This document shows positions 1 through 7,913 of a stretch of 37,432 bases of DNA, one piece after another. This stretch comes from a virus (Duplodnaviria > Caudoviricetes). A program made the translations under genes and the position numbers. The notes beneath the pieces are model-generated. The model saw nothing but the letters and a program-made list of their open reading frames with translations, was not told the origin of the DNA and did no database searches. The stretch covers positions 1 through 37,432 of IMG/VR virus record IMGVR_UViG_3300008266_000190, one strand, 5' to 3'. How positions within the stretch are numbered: the stretch's first letter is position 1; each line of letters starts with the position of its first letter.

Positions 1-44
1 GCCATACGGCTGGGGCTCAGTGTGCCCGCTGGGGCTGCTGGGTG

Positions 45-659
45 CTAGATCCCTTCGACTTCGTCCCTGATGGTGCTGGCGGCTGTCTCGATCTCGTCGA
101 TCAGACTCCCGACGCTCGACAGCGTGTCCCTGATCTCGTCCCGTACTTCGTCCCTGATCTCGTCCTCGATCTCGTCCCTGATCTCCTGCGCGACATGCTC
201 CCTCACACTGTCGACCAGTTCCTCCCGAACCTGCTCGACCAGTGCCTCCCGCCATGTGGCTGGCAGCAGCCAGTCGACCAGTGCGACAGCCTCAGCGTCC
301 CCGATGGACACACGCCCGCGCAGTCTGTCAGTGGTCTCCCGTACACGCTCCCGTGCTGCCTCCCCGTAGCAGTGCCCGAAGTCGTAGGCGTGAGCGTCGA
401 GCCGTGCCCCCATGCGCTCAGCCAACACACCCAAGACAGCCGCAGCCAGTCTGCCACCGTCAGCCAGTGCCTTCGAGTCAATAGCAGCAGCGTCAGCGTC
501 AGCCTTGGCAGTGTCGACCACCACAGCCAGCCGTGCCCGCAGCGTGTCGACCGTGTCCGGTGCTGCCTCAGTTCGAGGAGCGTCAGTCGTGAGGCTGAAC
601 GCCTTAGGGCTCAGAATCTCAGCGACGAAGTCCCCACCGTTCATGTGTTCCCCGTTCAT
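45..659 (-). CDS. Acidic helical hypothetical protein with EIRD-type 4-residue repeats
   Basis: ORF 45..734 trimmed to the ATG at 659, which has GGAGG upstream; downstream of a leftward promoter; C-terminal EIRD-EIED-EIRD-EVRD-EIRD. Confidence 0.7.
   Translation of the reverse strand: MNGEHMNGGDFVAEILSPKAFSLTTDAPRTEAAPDTVDTLRARLAVVVDTAKADADAAAIDSKALADGGRLAAAVLGVLAERMGARLDAHAYDFGHCYGEAARERVRETTDRLRGRVSIGDAEAVALVDWLLPATWREALVEQVREELVDSVREHVAQEIRDEIEDEIRDEVRDEIRDTLSSVGSLIDEIETAASTIRDEVEGI
126..185. repeat. Five tandem 12-bp units (consensus GTCCCTGATCTC), coding repeat
   Basis: GTCCCTGATCTC GTCCCGTACTTC GTCCCTGATCTC GTCCTCGATCTC GTCCCTGATCTC read directly. Confidence 0.9.
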
Positions 660-720
660 GTGTTGCCTCCAAGTGTGCCAGCGGCAGCCCCGACAGTGTC
701 GACGCAGTGCCACTAGGGAC

Positions 721-750
721 ACCCTAAGGCACACCCCGCCAGCATGTCAA
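721..750 (-). promoter_or_regulatory. Leftward sigma70-type promoter TTGACA-N18-TAGGGT
   Basis: -35 at 750..745, -10 at 726..721; intergenic, upstream of 45..659. Confidence 0.7.
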
Positions 751-834
751 CAGTCCAGCCGAAATAAATCGAGCCCAGCCCGTAGAAGCTCCGACGCCGG
801 CACTGGCCGCCACTGCTGGGGAGCCTTGGGAGCC

Positions 835-864
835 TTGACAGGCTGGGAGCCCAGCCCATAGCAT
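835..864 (+). promoter_or_regulatory. Rightward promoter TTGACA-N18-TAGCAT with palindromic spacer GGCTGGG-AG-CCCAGCC
   Basis: -35 at 835-840, -10 at 859-864; upstream of the first + strand gene. Confidence 0.75.
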
Positions 865-916
865 GAGCCCAGCCGCTCCCGCTGTGGGGGTGGCACTAGC
901 ACAATGGAGGCAGGAC

Positions 917-1237
917 ATGACAGGTCAGGAGTACAACGGCTGGACGAACTGGGAGACATGGAGCGCAGCCCTATACATCGGCGAGGGGCTGATCGATGAG
1001 GACTCCATAAGGGACGCAGTCAAGGAGCACGACGGGGACGCGTACGCTGTCGGGCAGTGGGCGCGGGAGATTGTCGAGGAGTACGCCGAAGAGGGGCTAG
1101 GGGCTGACCGTGATGGCGGGCTCGCTGCCCACTTCGTGCGCGGCTGCCTCGGCTCCGTCGACTGGTACTCCATCGGCTCCCACATGGTCGAGGACTACGC
1201 CCCAGAGGCGGAAGAGTCCGACGAGGTGGAGGCGTGA
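917..1237 (+). CDS. Acidic early phage protein with YNGWTNWETW motif
   Basis: GGAGG RBS at 906-910, ATG 917; I recall the N-terminal motif from phage hypotheticals; 26 D/E vs 5 K/R by hand count. Confidence 0.85.
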   Translation: MTGQEYNGWTNWETWSAALYIGEGLIDEDSIRDAVKEHDGDAYAVGQWAREIVEEYAEEGLGADRDGGLAAHFVRGCLGSVDWYSIGSHMVEDYAPEAEESDEVEA

Positions 1238-1548
1238 GCGGGGCGCAACGCTTCACCGTTGAGGTGGAGTTTGACACACTCGACGAGGCTCTGACCCTAG
1301 CCCGTAGGCTGGTCGACGAGGGGCTCAACCCTACGGTTGACCTCGGGCTCGACGATGAGGGGGACAGTGAGGGCGGCGGCTGTGCCGACTGCGGGAAGGC
1401 AGGGGCGGGCTGGTGGAGCCCTCGGGGCATGCTGTGCTCCGCATGTCATGAGGCGGGGCTGCGTCCCCCCTGCGACTGCGATCAGTCGGGGAGCGGGTAC
1501 AGTCTCTGCCGCTACTGCTTCGAGGAGCAGGTTGGAGGTGAGGCGTGA
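1234..1548 (+). CDS. Cys-rich (several CxxC) hypothetical protein
   Basis: GTGA overlap with upstream stop; CADC, CSAC, CRYC motifs. Confidence 0.75.
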   Translation: MSGAQRFTVEVEFDTLDEALTLARRLVDEGLNPTVDLGLDDEGDSEGGGCADCGKAGAGWWSPRGMLCSACHEAGLRPPCDCDQSGSGYSLCRYCFEEQVGGEA

Positions 1549-1709
1549 GGCGGCACGAGTTCCCCACGATGCGCACCACCCGCCAGTGGCACGAGGAGCA
1601 GCGGGCAGCCCGTAGGCGGCGGCTCGTGGTGCTAGGGCTCGCGCTCTTCGCGCTGGTCGTGCTCTTCACCATGCCCCCATGTACGGGGGCGGGCGGCTTC
1701 GACTGTTAG
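1545..1709 (+). CDS. 54-aa single-pass membrane protein (not in ORF track)
   Basis: GGAGG then GTGA overlap; MRRHEF...RRRRLVVLGLALFALVVLFTMPP...; followed by a hairpin. Confidence 0.65.
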   Translation: MRRHEFPTMRTTRQWHEEQRAARRRRLVVLGLALFALVVLFTMPPCTGAGGFDC

Positions 1710-1714
1710 CCGCT

Positions 1715-1739
1715 GGGGGCTGGGCTAGTCCCAGCCCCC
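1715..1739 (+). terminator. GC-rich hairpin GGGGGCTGGG-ctagt-CCCAGCCCCC
   Basis: Perfect 10-bp stem just after the stop at 1709; no U-tract. Confidence 0.55.
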
Positions 1740-1787
1740 GCACCCCCTCCCCCATGTCGACAGGCTCCGGACTTTGGGGCTGGCAGG

Positions 1788-1817
1788 TTGACAGGCAGGG
1801 GAGGGAGGTCGTAGAGT
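1788..1817 (+). promoter_or_regulatory. Promoter TTGACA-N18-TAGAGT
   Basis: -35 at 1788-1793, -10 at 1812-1817; same architecture as the 835 promoter, intergenic. Confidence 0.75.
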
Positions 1818-1862
1818 CATGTGAGGGAGCCGCTCGGCTCCCCAAAGTTTGGGAGGGTGATC

Positions 1863-2114
1863 ATGTTCAAGGTTGAAATGTACGACAGGCGGGACGCTGA
1901 GGTGGGGAAGGCTGAGATCGTCGGCATCACCACACTCGAAGAGGCTAACCGTAGGGCTGAACTGGAAGCCTACTACTGCTGCGAGACACTCCTCGGTGAG
2001 TGGATGGTGGCGGCTGAGGCGTTCGTGGGAGGCAAGTACTGCGCACGACTCGCGCCCGCTGTGGGTGAGTCTGGCGAGGAGATTCGAATCTATGTCAGGG
2101 AGGTACTCGCATGA
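1863..2114 (+). CDS. Hypothetical protein
   Basis: GGGAGGG RBS, ATG 1863 within ORF 1821..2114. Confidence 0.75.
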   Translation: MFKVEMYDRRDAEVGKAEIVGITTLEEANRRAELEAYYCCETLLGEWMVAAEAFVGGKYCARLAPAVGESGEEIRIYVREVLA

Positions 2115-2263
2115 GCGCGAAGGCAGTCATCACCCCGTGTGTTCAGTGCGGCAGCAAGATCGACTTGCTGGCTCAGTTCACATGGTGGGGAGTGTGTGGG
2201 AAGTGTACCCGCCGAGCCCACAGGGCTGCGACGGCGGGCAAGTGGAGTGGGAGGAAGTCATGA
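2111..2263 (+). CDS. 50-aa Zn-ribbon protein (not in ORF track)
   Basis: ATGA overlaps at both ends, GGAGG RBS; MSAKAVITPCVQC...CGKC. Confidence 0.7.
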   Translation: MSAKAVITPCVQCGSKIDLLAQFTWWGVCGKCTRRAHRAATAGKWSGRKS

Positions 2264-2463
2264 GCAAGGTGCGCATTGAGGTCATGGGGTTCACCTACAT
2301 GGATGTCATGGGGGTGATGGCTGATGCGGGTCGAGAGGTCGATGAGGATACGGCAGAGAACCTGCTGCGACTCATCGGGCAAGACCTGTCAGAGAGGATG
2401 ACGGAGGAGGGATTCGAAACCATGCGGATTCTCCTCGACATCAAGATGAGGGAGGAGTCATGA
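2260..2463 (+). CDS. Small acidic hypothetical protein
   Basis: 3' part of ORF 1873..2463; GGAGG RBS, ATGA coupling. Confidence 0.75.
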   Translation: MSKVRIEVMGFTYMDVMGVMADAGREVDEDTAENLLRLIGQDLSERMTEEGFETMRILLDIKMREES

Positions 2464-2882
2464 AGATCAAGGCGTTAGAACTCACGGCTAAGGACGCAAC
2501 GGACATTGTGATCGGGGCTATCGAGGGAGGGACGGGGTACTGGGCTGAGTGTAAGGACTATCGCTGGAAGAACTGGTACATCTCCCCTGATGCGAAGTAT
2601 GGGGAGGAGAACTACAACAAACTGCGAGACATCCCTCGCTTCGAGGTGCTGGTGCGCATCAAGGAGGATGCCGATCAGGTCGATCCTGAGCGCAGCCCTA
2701 ACGACTGGTTCGAGATCACCACCGCCAACCTCGAAGTGGGGACGGCTCTGGCACTTGAACGCTACCCGCACCTGTTCAACGGGTTCAGCGGCGAGAACGG
2801 GGATGTCGAGATGGACTTAGACGCTACGGGCTGCGATGTCATCTTCCAGATGACGGTCTTCGGGACGGTGGTTTATGGCTGA
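2460..2882 (+). CDS. Hypothetical phage protein (C-terminal DLDATGCDVIFQ...FG.VVYG motif)
   Basis: RBS and ATGA coupling; motif recalled from phage early genes. Confidence 0.85.
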   Translation: MKIKALELTAKDATDIVIGAIEGGTGYWAECKDYRWKNWYISPDAKYGEENYNKLRDIPRFEVLVRIKEDADQVDPERSPNDWFEITTANLEVGTALALERYPHLFNGFSGENGDVEMDLDATGCDVIFQMTVFGTVVYG

Positions 2883-3171
2883 GAGAATCTCGAAGGCTGA
2901 CCTCGACCAGATGCTGCGGGGGATCAACCTGCGGCATGGACACCCCGCTGGGACTGAGAGATACACGGAGGGGTCAGACGGGGTAGCCCGTCCGACCATC
3001 GGCTGGTATCACCTCGTCGGGGAGTGGGGCGGGTGGAAGTTGGCTCAGACAATCAACGCTGATGGCGGGCGCAGGGATGTGCTCGGAATCGGGGCAGTGC
3101 CCAAGAGGGTGATGTACTATCTCCTGAGGGCGTATAGCAGCGGCATGGATGCCGAGAAGGGTGGTCGATAA
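2875..3171 (+). CDS. Hypothetical protein
   Basis: Coupled ORF in the operon. Confidence 0.75.
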   Translation: MAERISKADLDQMLRGINLRHGHPAGTERYTEGSDGVARPTIGWYHLVGEWGGWKLAQTINADGGRRDVLGIGAVPKRVMYYLLRAYSSGMDAEKGGR

Positions 3172-3458
3172 TGGGCTGGGAGACAAACGGAAAGCCAAGC
3201 GAACCCGTTGGAAGCGAGTTCGTGATGTATGTCAACGCCTTCTGGGTTGAAGGAGATGTGGTCGGCGGGGTGTATGGAACCCAGTCCGAGGCACTAGACG
3301 CAGCGCGGCAGTTGATCGTCGAGTTGGAGGGGCTCGTCTACGAGGACGAGTACCGTCCCCTTACACGGCTCAACGCTGCCGAACTGGAAGAGCGAATCGC
3401 AGAGCAGGATGTCGTTGGGTTTGCGCAAGTCGCGCAGCGCGACATCCTGTTCAGATAG
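3171..3458 (+). CDS. Acidic hypothetical protein
   Basis: TAATG coupling. Confidence 0.75.
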   Translation: MGWETNGKPSEPVGSEFVMYVNAFWVEGDVVGGVYGTQSEALDAARQLIVELEGLVYEDEYRPLTRLNAAELEERIAEQDVVGFAQVAQRDILFR

Positions 3459-3466
3459 GAGGAGTC

Positions 3467-3637
3467 ATGGCTGAGAAGAAGTTTCTGGCAACGATCACCC
3501 GAACCGTCGACATAGATGTCGTGGTCTGGGCTGAGAGCGAAGAAGAGGCTAGGTCGCTCATCGAGAGCGGCGAAGGGGACTGGGAGGAGACCCAGCAGGA
3601 AGACACAGTCGACACTGTTCAGGAGTATCCAGCATGA
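3467..3637 (+). CDS. 56-aa acidic protein (not in ORF track)
   Basis: AGGAGG RBS, fills the gap exactly, ATGA overlap with next gene; VVVWAESEEEAR motif. Confidence 0.75.
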   Translation: MAEKKFLATITRTVDIDVVVWAESEEEARSLIESGEGDWEETQQEDTVDTVQEYPA

Positions 3638-3987
3638 GCAAGTGGCAGTTGATCCACGACGAGGAACTCGGGGCTTCGAACCGCACGCTCTGCGTGTGGT
3701 CGGCTCCGCACGAGAGCAACAGCATGGTGCTGTTCGAGGTCAATGAGCAGGGGCTCAGGCACAGGTACTACCAGACGGCAAAGGATGCCATCGAGGGGAA
3801 GTTCCACATCGCTGATGCGTGCTACGGCTACACGATGCTGATGTGGGAGGAGAGCGAGAGCGACACTTGGCTCGACCGAGTATGGGATGAGCAGGACAGC
3901 ACAGAGATCACGATGTGTTCCCATGAGGGCACATGCGATGATGAGTTTCATCGAGCACAGGTCGTGCTCGGCAATGAGGAGGAATAA
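3634..3987 (+). CDS. Acidic hypothetical protein
   Basis: Coupled ORF. Confidence 0.75.
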   Translation: MSKWQLIHDEELGASNRTLCVWSAPHESNSMVLFEVNEQGLRHRYYQTAKDAIEGKFHIADACYGYTMLMWEESESDTWLDRVWDEQDSTEITMCSHEGTCDDEFHRAQVVLGNEEE

Positions 3988-4229
3988 TGATCACACACAA
4001 GGGATGCGACGGAGAAATAGTTAGCAATGAGATGGTCGTGATCTCGTATGAGATCATCTCTGATGGGAACGGAGGATGGGAGTACGGCGGCAACAGGATC
4101 GACGAGTACCCGTTCGAGGGACCAATGGACTATCTGTTCACCTGCCGCAAGTGCGGCTGGTACACCGAGCACTTCAACGCCGTGATCGACGGCGATAAGA
4201 TGAGCGGGAAGCACGAGGGGAAACTTTGA
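3987..4229 (+). CDS. Hypothetical protein, possible Zn-binding (HKGC...CRKC)
   Basis: GAGGAGG RBS, TAATG coupling. Confidence 0.75.
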   Translation: MITHKGCDGEIVSNEMVVISYEIISDGNGGWEYGGNRIDEYPFEGPMDYLFTCRKCGWYTEHFNAVIDGDKMSGKHEGKL

Positions 4230-4606
4230 TCGCGGCACTCTTGGCGGCTGCCCTCATCGTTGGGCAGTCTCCAATCCCTGATCGAGCCACATGGTACGGA
4301 GCTCGATGCCCGAAGGGCGTGGTCTATCTCGGGAGGACGGACACATGCCACCCCTATAAATCAGGGGAGACCAAGTGGTACGCAGCGGCTGGCTGGTTCC
4401 GCTGGGGGATGTCCCCAGTCCGAGTCAGGATCACGAGCAAGACCACTGGTCGAAGCATCGTGCTGATCGTCAGGGATTTTTGTGGGGCATGCCGACAAGG
4501 GAGGTCGATCATCGACATGAGTCCGCTTGGATTCATCGCCCTCGGGCATGACCTAGGTCGTGGGACGGACAAAGTAATCGTCAGGTATTTGAAGGAAGGT
4601 AGATGA
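4226..4606 (+). CDS. Secreted RlpA-like double-psi beta-barrel protein
   Basis: Hydrophobic N-terminus; ATWYG...VRITSKTTGRSIVLIVRDFC...IIDMSPLGF..LG pattern of RlpA/DPBB domains. Confidence 0.7.
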   Translation: MIAALLAAALIVGQSPIPDRATWYGARCPKGVVYLGRTDTCHPYKSGETKWYAAAGWFRWGMSPVRVRITSKTTGRSIVLIVRDFCGACRQGRSIIDMSPLGFIALGHDLGRGTDKVIVRYLKEGR

Positions 4607-5043
4607 TGGACATAATCCCGAAGAGGACAAACAACTATGGTCTTGAACGGTTGAAGACAAACTTCTGGACGGCAGTACGCCTGTCGATGAACAAGGCAAA
4701 GGGACTAGGGCACGACCCTCAGTTCGTTAGGGATGACCTCACCGAGGGAGCCCTTCACTGCGAGGAGTGCGGTCTGTGGGCACATGTCTGCCTGTACCTG
4801 CCCAAGAAGGAACCCAATGACATCGGTGGGGACCTGATGGAACTGGTCTGCCAGCCTGACCTGTTCCGAAAGGTGTACAGGGAGCGGGCATCCATGATGT
4901 CTGCTATGATCTCCGTATCGAGCATGTTCGCAGCCATCGGCTACGAGCCCAAGGAGGTAAAGAAAGATGACCTCATCCCAACGAGGAAGAAGAGGGAAAA
5001 GAGTTCGAGTTGGAACTATAACGGGCGAAGGAAGAAGTCCTGA
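4603..5043 (+). CDS. Hypothetical protein with CEEC motif and basic C-terminus
   Basis: AAGGAAGG RBS, ATGA coupling. Confidence 0.75.
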   Translation: MMDIIPKRTNNYGLERLKTNFWTAVRLSMNKAKGLGHDPQFVRDDLTEGALHCEECGLWAHVCLYLPKKEPNDIGGDLMELVCQPDLFRKVYRERASMMSAMISVSSMFAAIGYEPKEVKKDDLIPTRKKREKSSSWNYNGRRKKS

Positions 5044-5219
5044 TGCGGGGGCGCACTGGACGCTATACCACCCGAAGTACAGCGTCGAACCCTGCCCTAA
5101 CTGCCAGCACCCAGAAGCCGACGGTGGCTTCTGCGACCCTTCCGACGGAGGATGCGGCTGGACCCGTCCAAGGCGCATTTATCCGCGCAACTACGGTACG
5201 CAACCAAGCGAGGTTCGAG

Positions 5220-5291
5220 ATGTTAGTTGAGTGGGTGTTTGGAATCATCGTCATCACAGCGATGCTCGTAAGCATCACGAGGGCAAGATGA
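5220..5291 (+). CDS. 23-aa hydrophobic peptide (or the 3' end of ORF 5043..5291)
   Basis: GAGG RBS; MLVEWVFGIIVITAMLVSITRAR; stop overlaps the dnaB ATG. Confidence 0.4.
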   Translation: MLVEWVFGIIVITAMLVSITRAR

Positions 5292-6613
5292 ACAGGGCTA
5301 CGCCGTCATCGGTTGATGCCGAACGGGGACTGATCGGCTCGATGCTGATCGACGATGAGATTGCGTCGGCTGCCATCGAACGCCTGTCCCCAGAGGACTT
5401 CTACGATGCCGACCATCGCTCGATCTTCTCCTCGATCAACGACCTCGTGCGCAGGGGTGGGCATGCTGACACGGTGTCCGTCATGGATACGCTGTCGAAG
5501 AGGATGCCGACCAATGGTGAAGGCTGGGGTTCGATGATGTCTGACATCGTCGCGTCTGTACCTACCTCGATCCATGCCCCCGAGTACATGGACATCATCG
5601 AACGCAAGGCAGTCATGCGCTCTATCATTTCGAGTGCCCACAAGATCGCAGAGATCGGGTATCAAGATGATTCAGAGCTGGACGCATCCATCGACAAGGT
5701 CGAGTCAATCGTCTACGGGCTGAACAGGAAGCGCAGGGTGGAGAACGCCATCACGCTCGACCGACTCATCCCAGATACCATTGACAGGATCAAGTTCATG
5801 CTGGAACACAAGGGGGAGAGGCTCGGCATCCCGTCAGGGATCACGAGCATCGACCGCATCACGGGTGGCTGGCAGAACTCAGACCTTGTGATCGTGGCTG
5901 CCCGTCCCTCAGTTGGGAAGACCAGCCTCGCCCTCAACATGGCTCAGCACGCTGCTATCAGGCATGGAAAGAGCGTCGCTGTGTTCTCGTTGGAGATGAG
6001 CAAGGAACAACTGTCGACCCGACTCGTGGCCGGTGTATCCAACATTGACATCGGGAGGATCAGGAGGGGGGACATCAAGGGGATTGACCTAGCCCGCATT
6101 GCAGCGTCGGCGGGCAGTCTCCTTGATGCCAAGATCATCATCGACGACACGCCAGTGGCGACACCATCGGAACTCCGAGGTCGCTGCCGACGGATCGAGT
6201 CGGAGCATGGTCTCGACATGATCGTTGTCGACTATCTCCAACTGATGACGGCTGATCGCACGACAAAGGATGCGAACAGGGTGTCGGAGACCAGCGACAT
6301 CAGTCGTGGGTTGAAGCGTCTCGCCCGTGAGATGGGCGTGCCAGTGATTGCCCTGTCGCAACTGAGTCGATCATCGGAGCACCGTGAGGGAGGTCAGCCT
6401 CGGCTGTCAGACCTGCGAGACTCTGGTGCGATTGAGCAGGATGCGGATGTGGTGCTCATGCTGTGGCGGCAGGGTCAGCAAGACCCTCTCGAAGAGTATG
6501 AGGATGTCAACGCCATCATCGCTAAGCATAGGAATGGTCCGACTGGGATGGTGGAACTAACATTCCACAAGCCGACGACGACCTTCGTAGATAAGGGAGT
6601 GCACCGTGTCTAA
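5288..6613 (+). CDS. dnaB: Replicative DNA helicase
   Basis: AERGLIGS N-domain, Walker A AARPSVGKT, IVVDYLQL, ALSQLSR, SDLRDSGAIEQDAD, AKHRNGPTG. Confidence 0.97.
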   Translation: MNRATPSSVDAERGLIGSMLIDDEIASAAIERLSPEDFYDADHRSIFSSINDLVRRGGHADTVSVMDTLSKRMPTNGEGWGSMMSDIVASVPTSIHAPEYMDIIERKAVMRSIISSAHKIAEIGYQDDSELDASIDKVESIVYGLNRKRRVENAITLDRLIPDTIDRIKFMLEHKGERLGIPSGITSIDRITGGWQNSDLVIVAARPSVGKTSLALNMAQHAAIRHGKSVAVFSLEMSKEQLSTRLVAGVSNIDIGRIRRGDIKGIDLARIAASAGSLLDAKIIIDDTPVATPSELRGRCRRIESEHGLDMIVVDYLQLMTADRTTKDANRVSETSDISRGLKRLAREMGVPVIALSQLSRSSEHREGGQPRLSDLRDSGAIEQDADVVLMLWRQGQQDPLEEYEDVNAIIAKHRNGPTGMVELTFHKPTTTFVDKGVHRV

Positions 6614-6803
6614 CATCAACCTGTACAAGTGTTGGGAATGTGAGGAGTACTTTCTGGAAGAGCAGATCGTCGAGAGCGACGACCCGTTCGACTTCATCTG
6701 TGTCCCATGTTGGGAGGGGATGAATGCCAATAGGTTGTCCGATCTTTACGACAACCCGCTACTTCTTGTTGACACTTCCTCGCTTGAAGAGGACGACATC
6801 TAG
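6606..6803 (+). CDS. Small acidic Zn-finger protein
   Basis: AAGGGAG RBS, GTG start; CWEC...CVPC. Confidence 0.7.
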   Translation: MSNINLYKCWECEEYFLEEQIVESDDPFDFICVPCWEGMNANRLSDLYDNPLLLVDTSSLEEDDI

Positions 6804-6971
6804 CTTTCTCTGGTCAAGGGAAGATAGGGGTACGGAGGGTTCTCCGTACCCCACTTCTTTGCCTATGAGGGAGGCGTATGAGATGCCGAACTTTCGACAG
6901 TAGGACCTGAGGCTCATTCCAAGTTTGGCTGCCTCTCGCTTGAAGTATTTCTCTGGTCTATCTTTCAGCAC
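6759..6971 (-). CDS. Small hypothetical protein, possible HTH
   Basis: Last ORF of the minus operon; AAKLGMSLRSYCRKFG. Confidence 0.5.
   Translation of the reverse strand: MLKDRPEKYFKREAAKLGMSLRSYCRKFGISYASLIGKEVGYGEPSVPLSSLDQRKLDVVLFKRGSVNKK
6827..6860 (+). terminator. Intrinsic terminator at the convergence of the two arms
   Basis: GGGGTACGGAG-ggtt-CTCCGTACCCC followed by ACTTCTTT. Confidence 0.75.
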
Positions 6972-7167
6972 GCTCTTGCTCGATCATCTCGTCGAGAACA
7001 TTGACTGCAAGACTCAGCCCATACCTGACGTTCTGCAAGTACTTCTCTTGCATCAGGTTTGGATTCCCCAGGGACTTGATGATGTTGTCCTTGATGTCAG
7101 AGCTGGGGAGGTTAGTCCCTCCGATGATGCTAATGATCTTCGCTCGTGCTTCTACTAGTTTGCTCAC
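6958..7167 (-). CDS. Hypothetical protein
   Basis: Overlap-coupled ORF. Confidence 0.6.
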   Translation of the reverse strand: MSKLVEARAKIISIIGGTNLPSSDIKDNIIKSLGNPNLMQEKYLQNVRYGLSLAVNVLDEMIEQERAER

Positions 7168-7526
7168 TCAAAGTCCCTCGTCTTCTCTTCGTCCCCTTCG
7201 CCAGCGCGGGAGACCTCCGACCACTTGTTCTCACCGAGCGAGATAAGGATCAGCGCATAGTTAGAGATGTCAATCAGTGCATCACGCACGCCATCGTTGA
7301 ACCAGTCTGCACTCACCTCCGGTACGCCGGACTTGATCGTCCCGTTGAGGGAGGTTGCGATGCGACCGCACTTGTCCAGTGCGAGGCGAGAGAAGACACC
7401 GTATGGCCCAAGACCTTCGATGTTGGATGGTCCGTATCCCTCTTGCCGCATGACGAGGATGTCGTATGCTTCTTGGCTTAGGTCTGCGAAGTACTCAGTG
7501 AATTCCTTCGGAACTTTTCTGCTCAT
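7164..7526 (-). CDS. DUF1599/Nmad1-like (nucleotide-modification-associated, MazG-like fold) protein
   Basis: RQEGYG...GVFSRLALDKCGRI...VRDALIDISNYALI pattern; GGAGG RBS. Confidence 0.7.
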   Translation of the reverse strand: MSRKVPKEFTEYFADLSQEAYDILVMRQEGYGPSNIEGLGPYGVFSRLALDKCGRIATSLNGTIKSGVPEVSADWFNDGVRDALIDISNYALILISLGENKWSEVSRAGEGDEEKTRDFE

Positions 7527-7710
7527 AAATTACCTCCAACTTATCTGCCGTGTCATCCTTAACAACAACACTGGCGATGATGAACCGCTCGTTGCAATCG
7601 TTGCATTCCCACAGCCGAAGTGCGAGCCTGTCGGTGAGCATCTTGTGCGGCCTGCGCGTCGCTCGGATGTCCTTCGACTTGCACTTCGGGCAGGGGATTC
7701 CGATCACCAC
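7495..7710 (-). CDS. Zn-ribbon protein (Ogr/NrdR-like), possible transcription regulator
   Basis: CPKC...WECNDCNERF. Confidence 0.6.
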   Translation of the reverse strand: MVIGIPCPKCKSKDIRATRRPHKMLTDRLALRLWECNDCNERFIIASVVVKDDTADKLEVIYEQKSSEGIH

Positions 7711-7913
7711 GGAGCCCGATCAGCGGCGATGTAGACGATGACCGCCACCCCAACAGGACCCCAAGGCACTGGGGCAAGGGCTACTAGAAGCCCCGCAAAT
7801 GCCAGTAGCAGGCCCGTACGGGCACGCTTGGTCGATACTGGGGTCTGGATAGCCTTAACCACCTTCTCGATGGCAGACTGGTTGATCTCCCTGTCTTCTG
7901 GATTAGTCGCCAA
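7704..7913 (-). CDS. Small membrane protein (2 hydrophobic segments)
   Basis: GGAGG RBS with TTG at 7913; LLLAFAGLLVALAP / VGVAVIVYIAA. Confidence 0.65.
   Translation of the reverse strand: MATNPEDREINQSAIEKVVKAIQTPVSTKRARTGLLLAFAGLLVALAPVPWGPVGVAVIVYIAADRAPW

Noticed and set aside
126-185. Possible CRISPR array
   Set aside because: 12-bp tandem units without spacers, inside a coding frame
42-716. 224-aa plus-strand ORF with PDLV repeats
   Set aside because: Antisense shadow of the minus gene, which has the RBS and promoter
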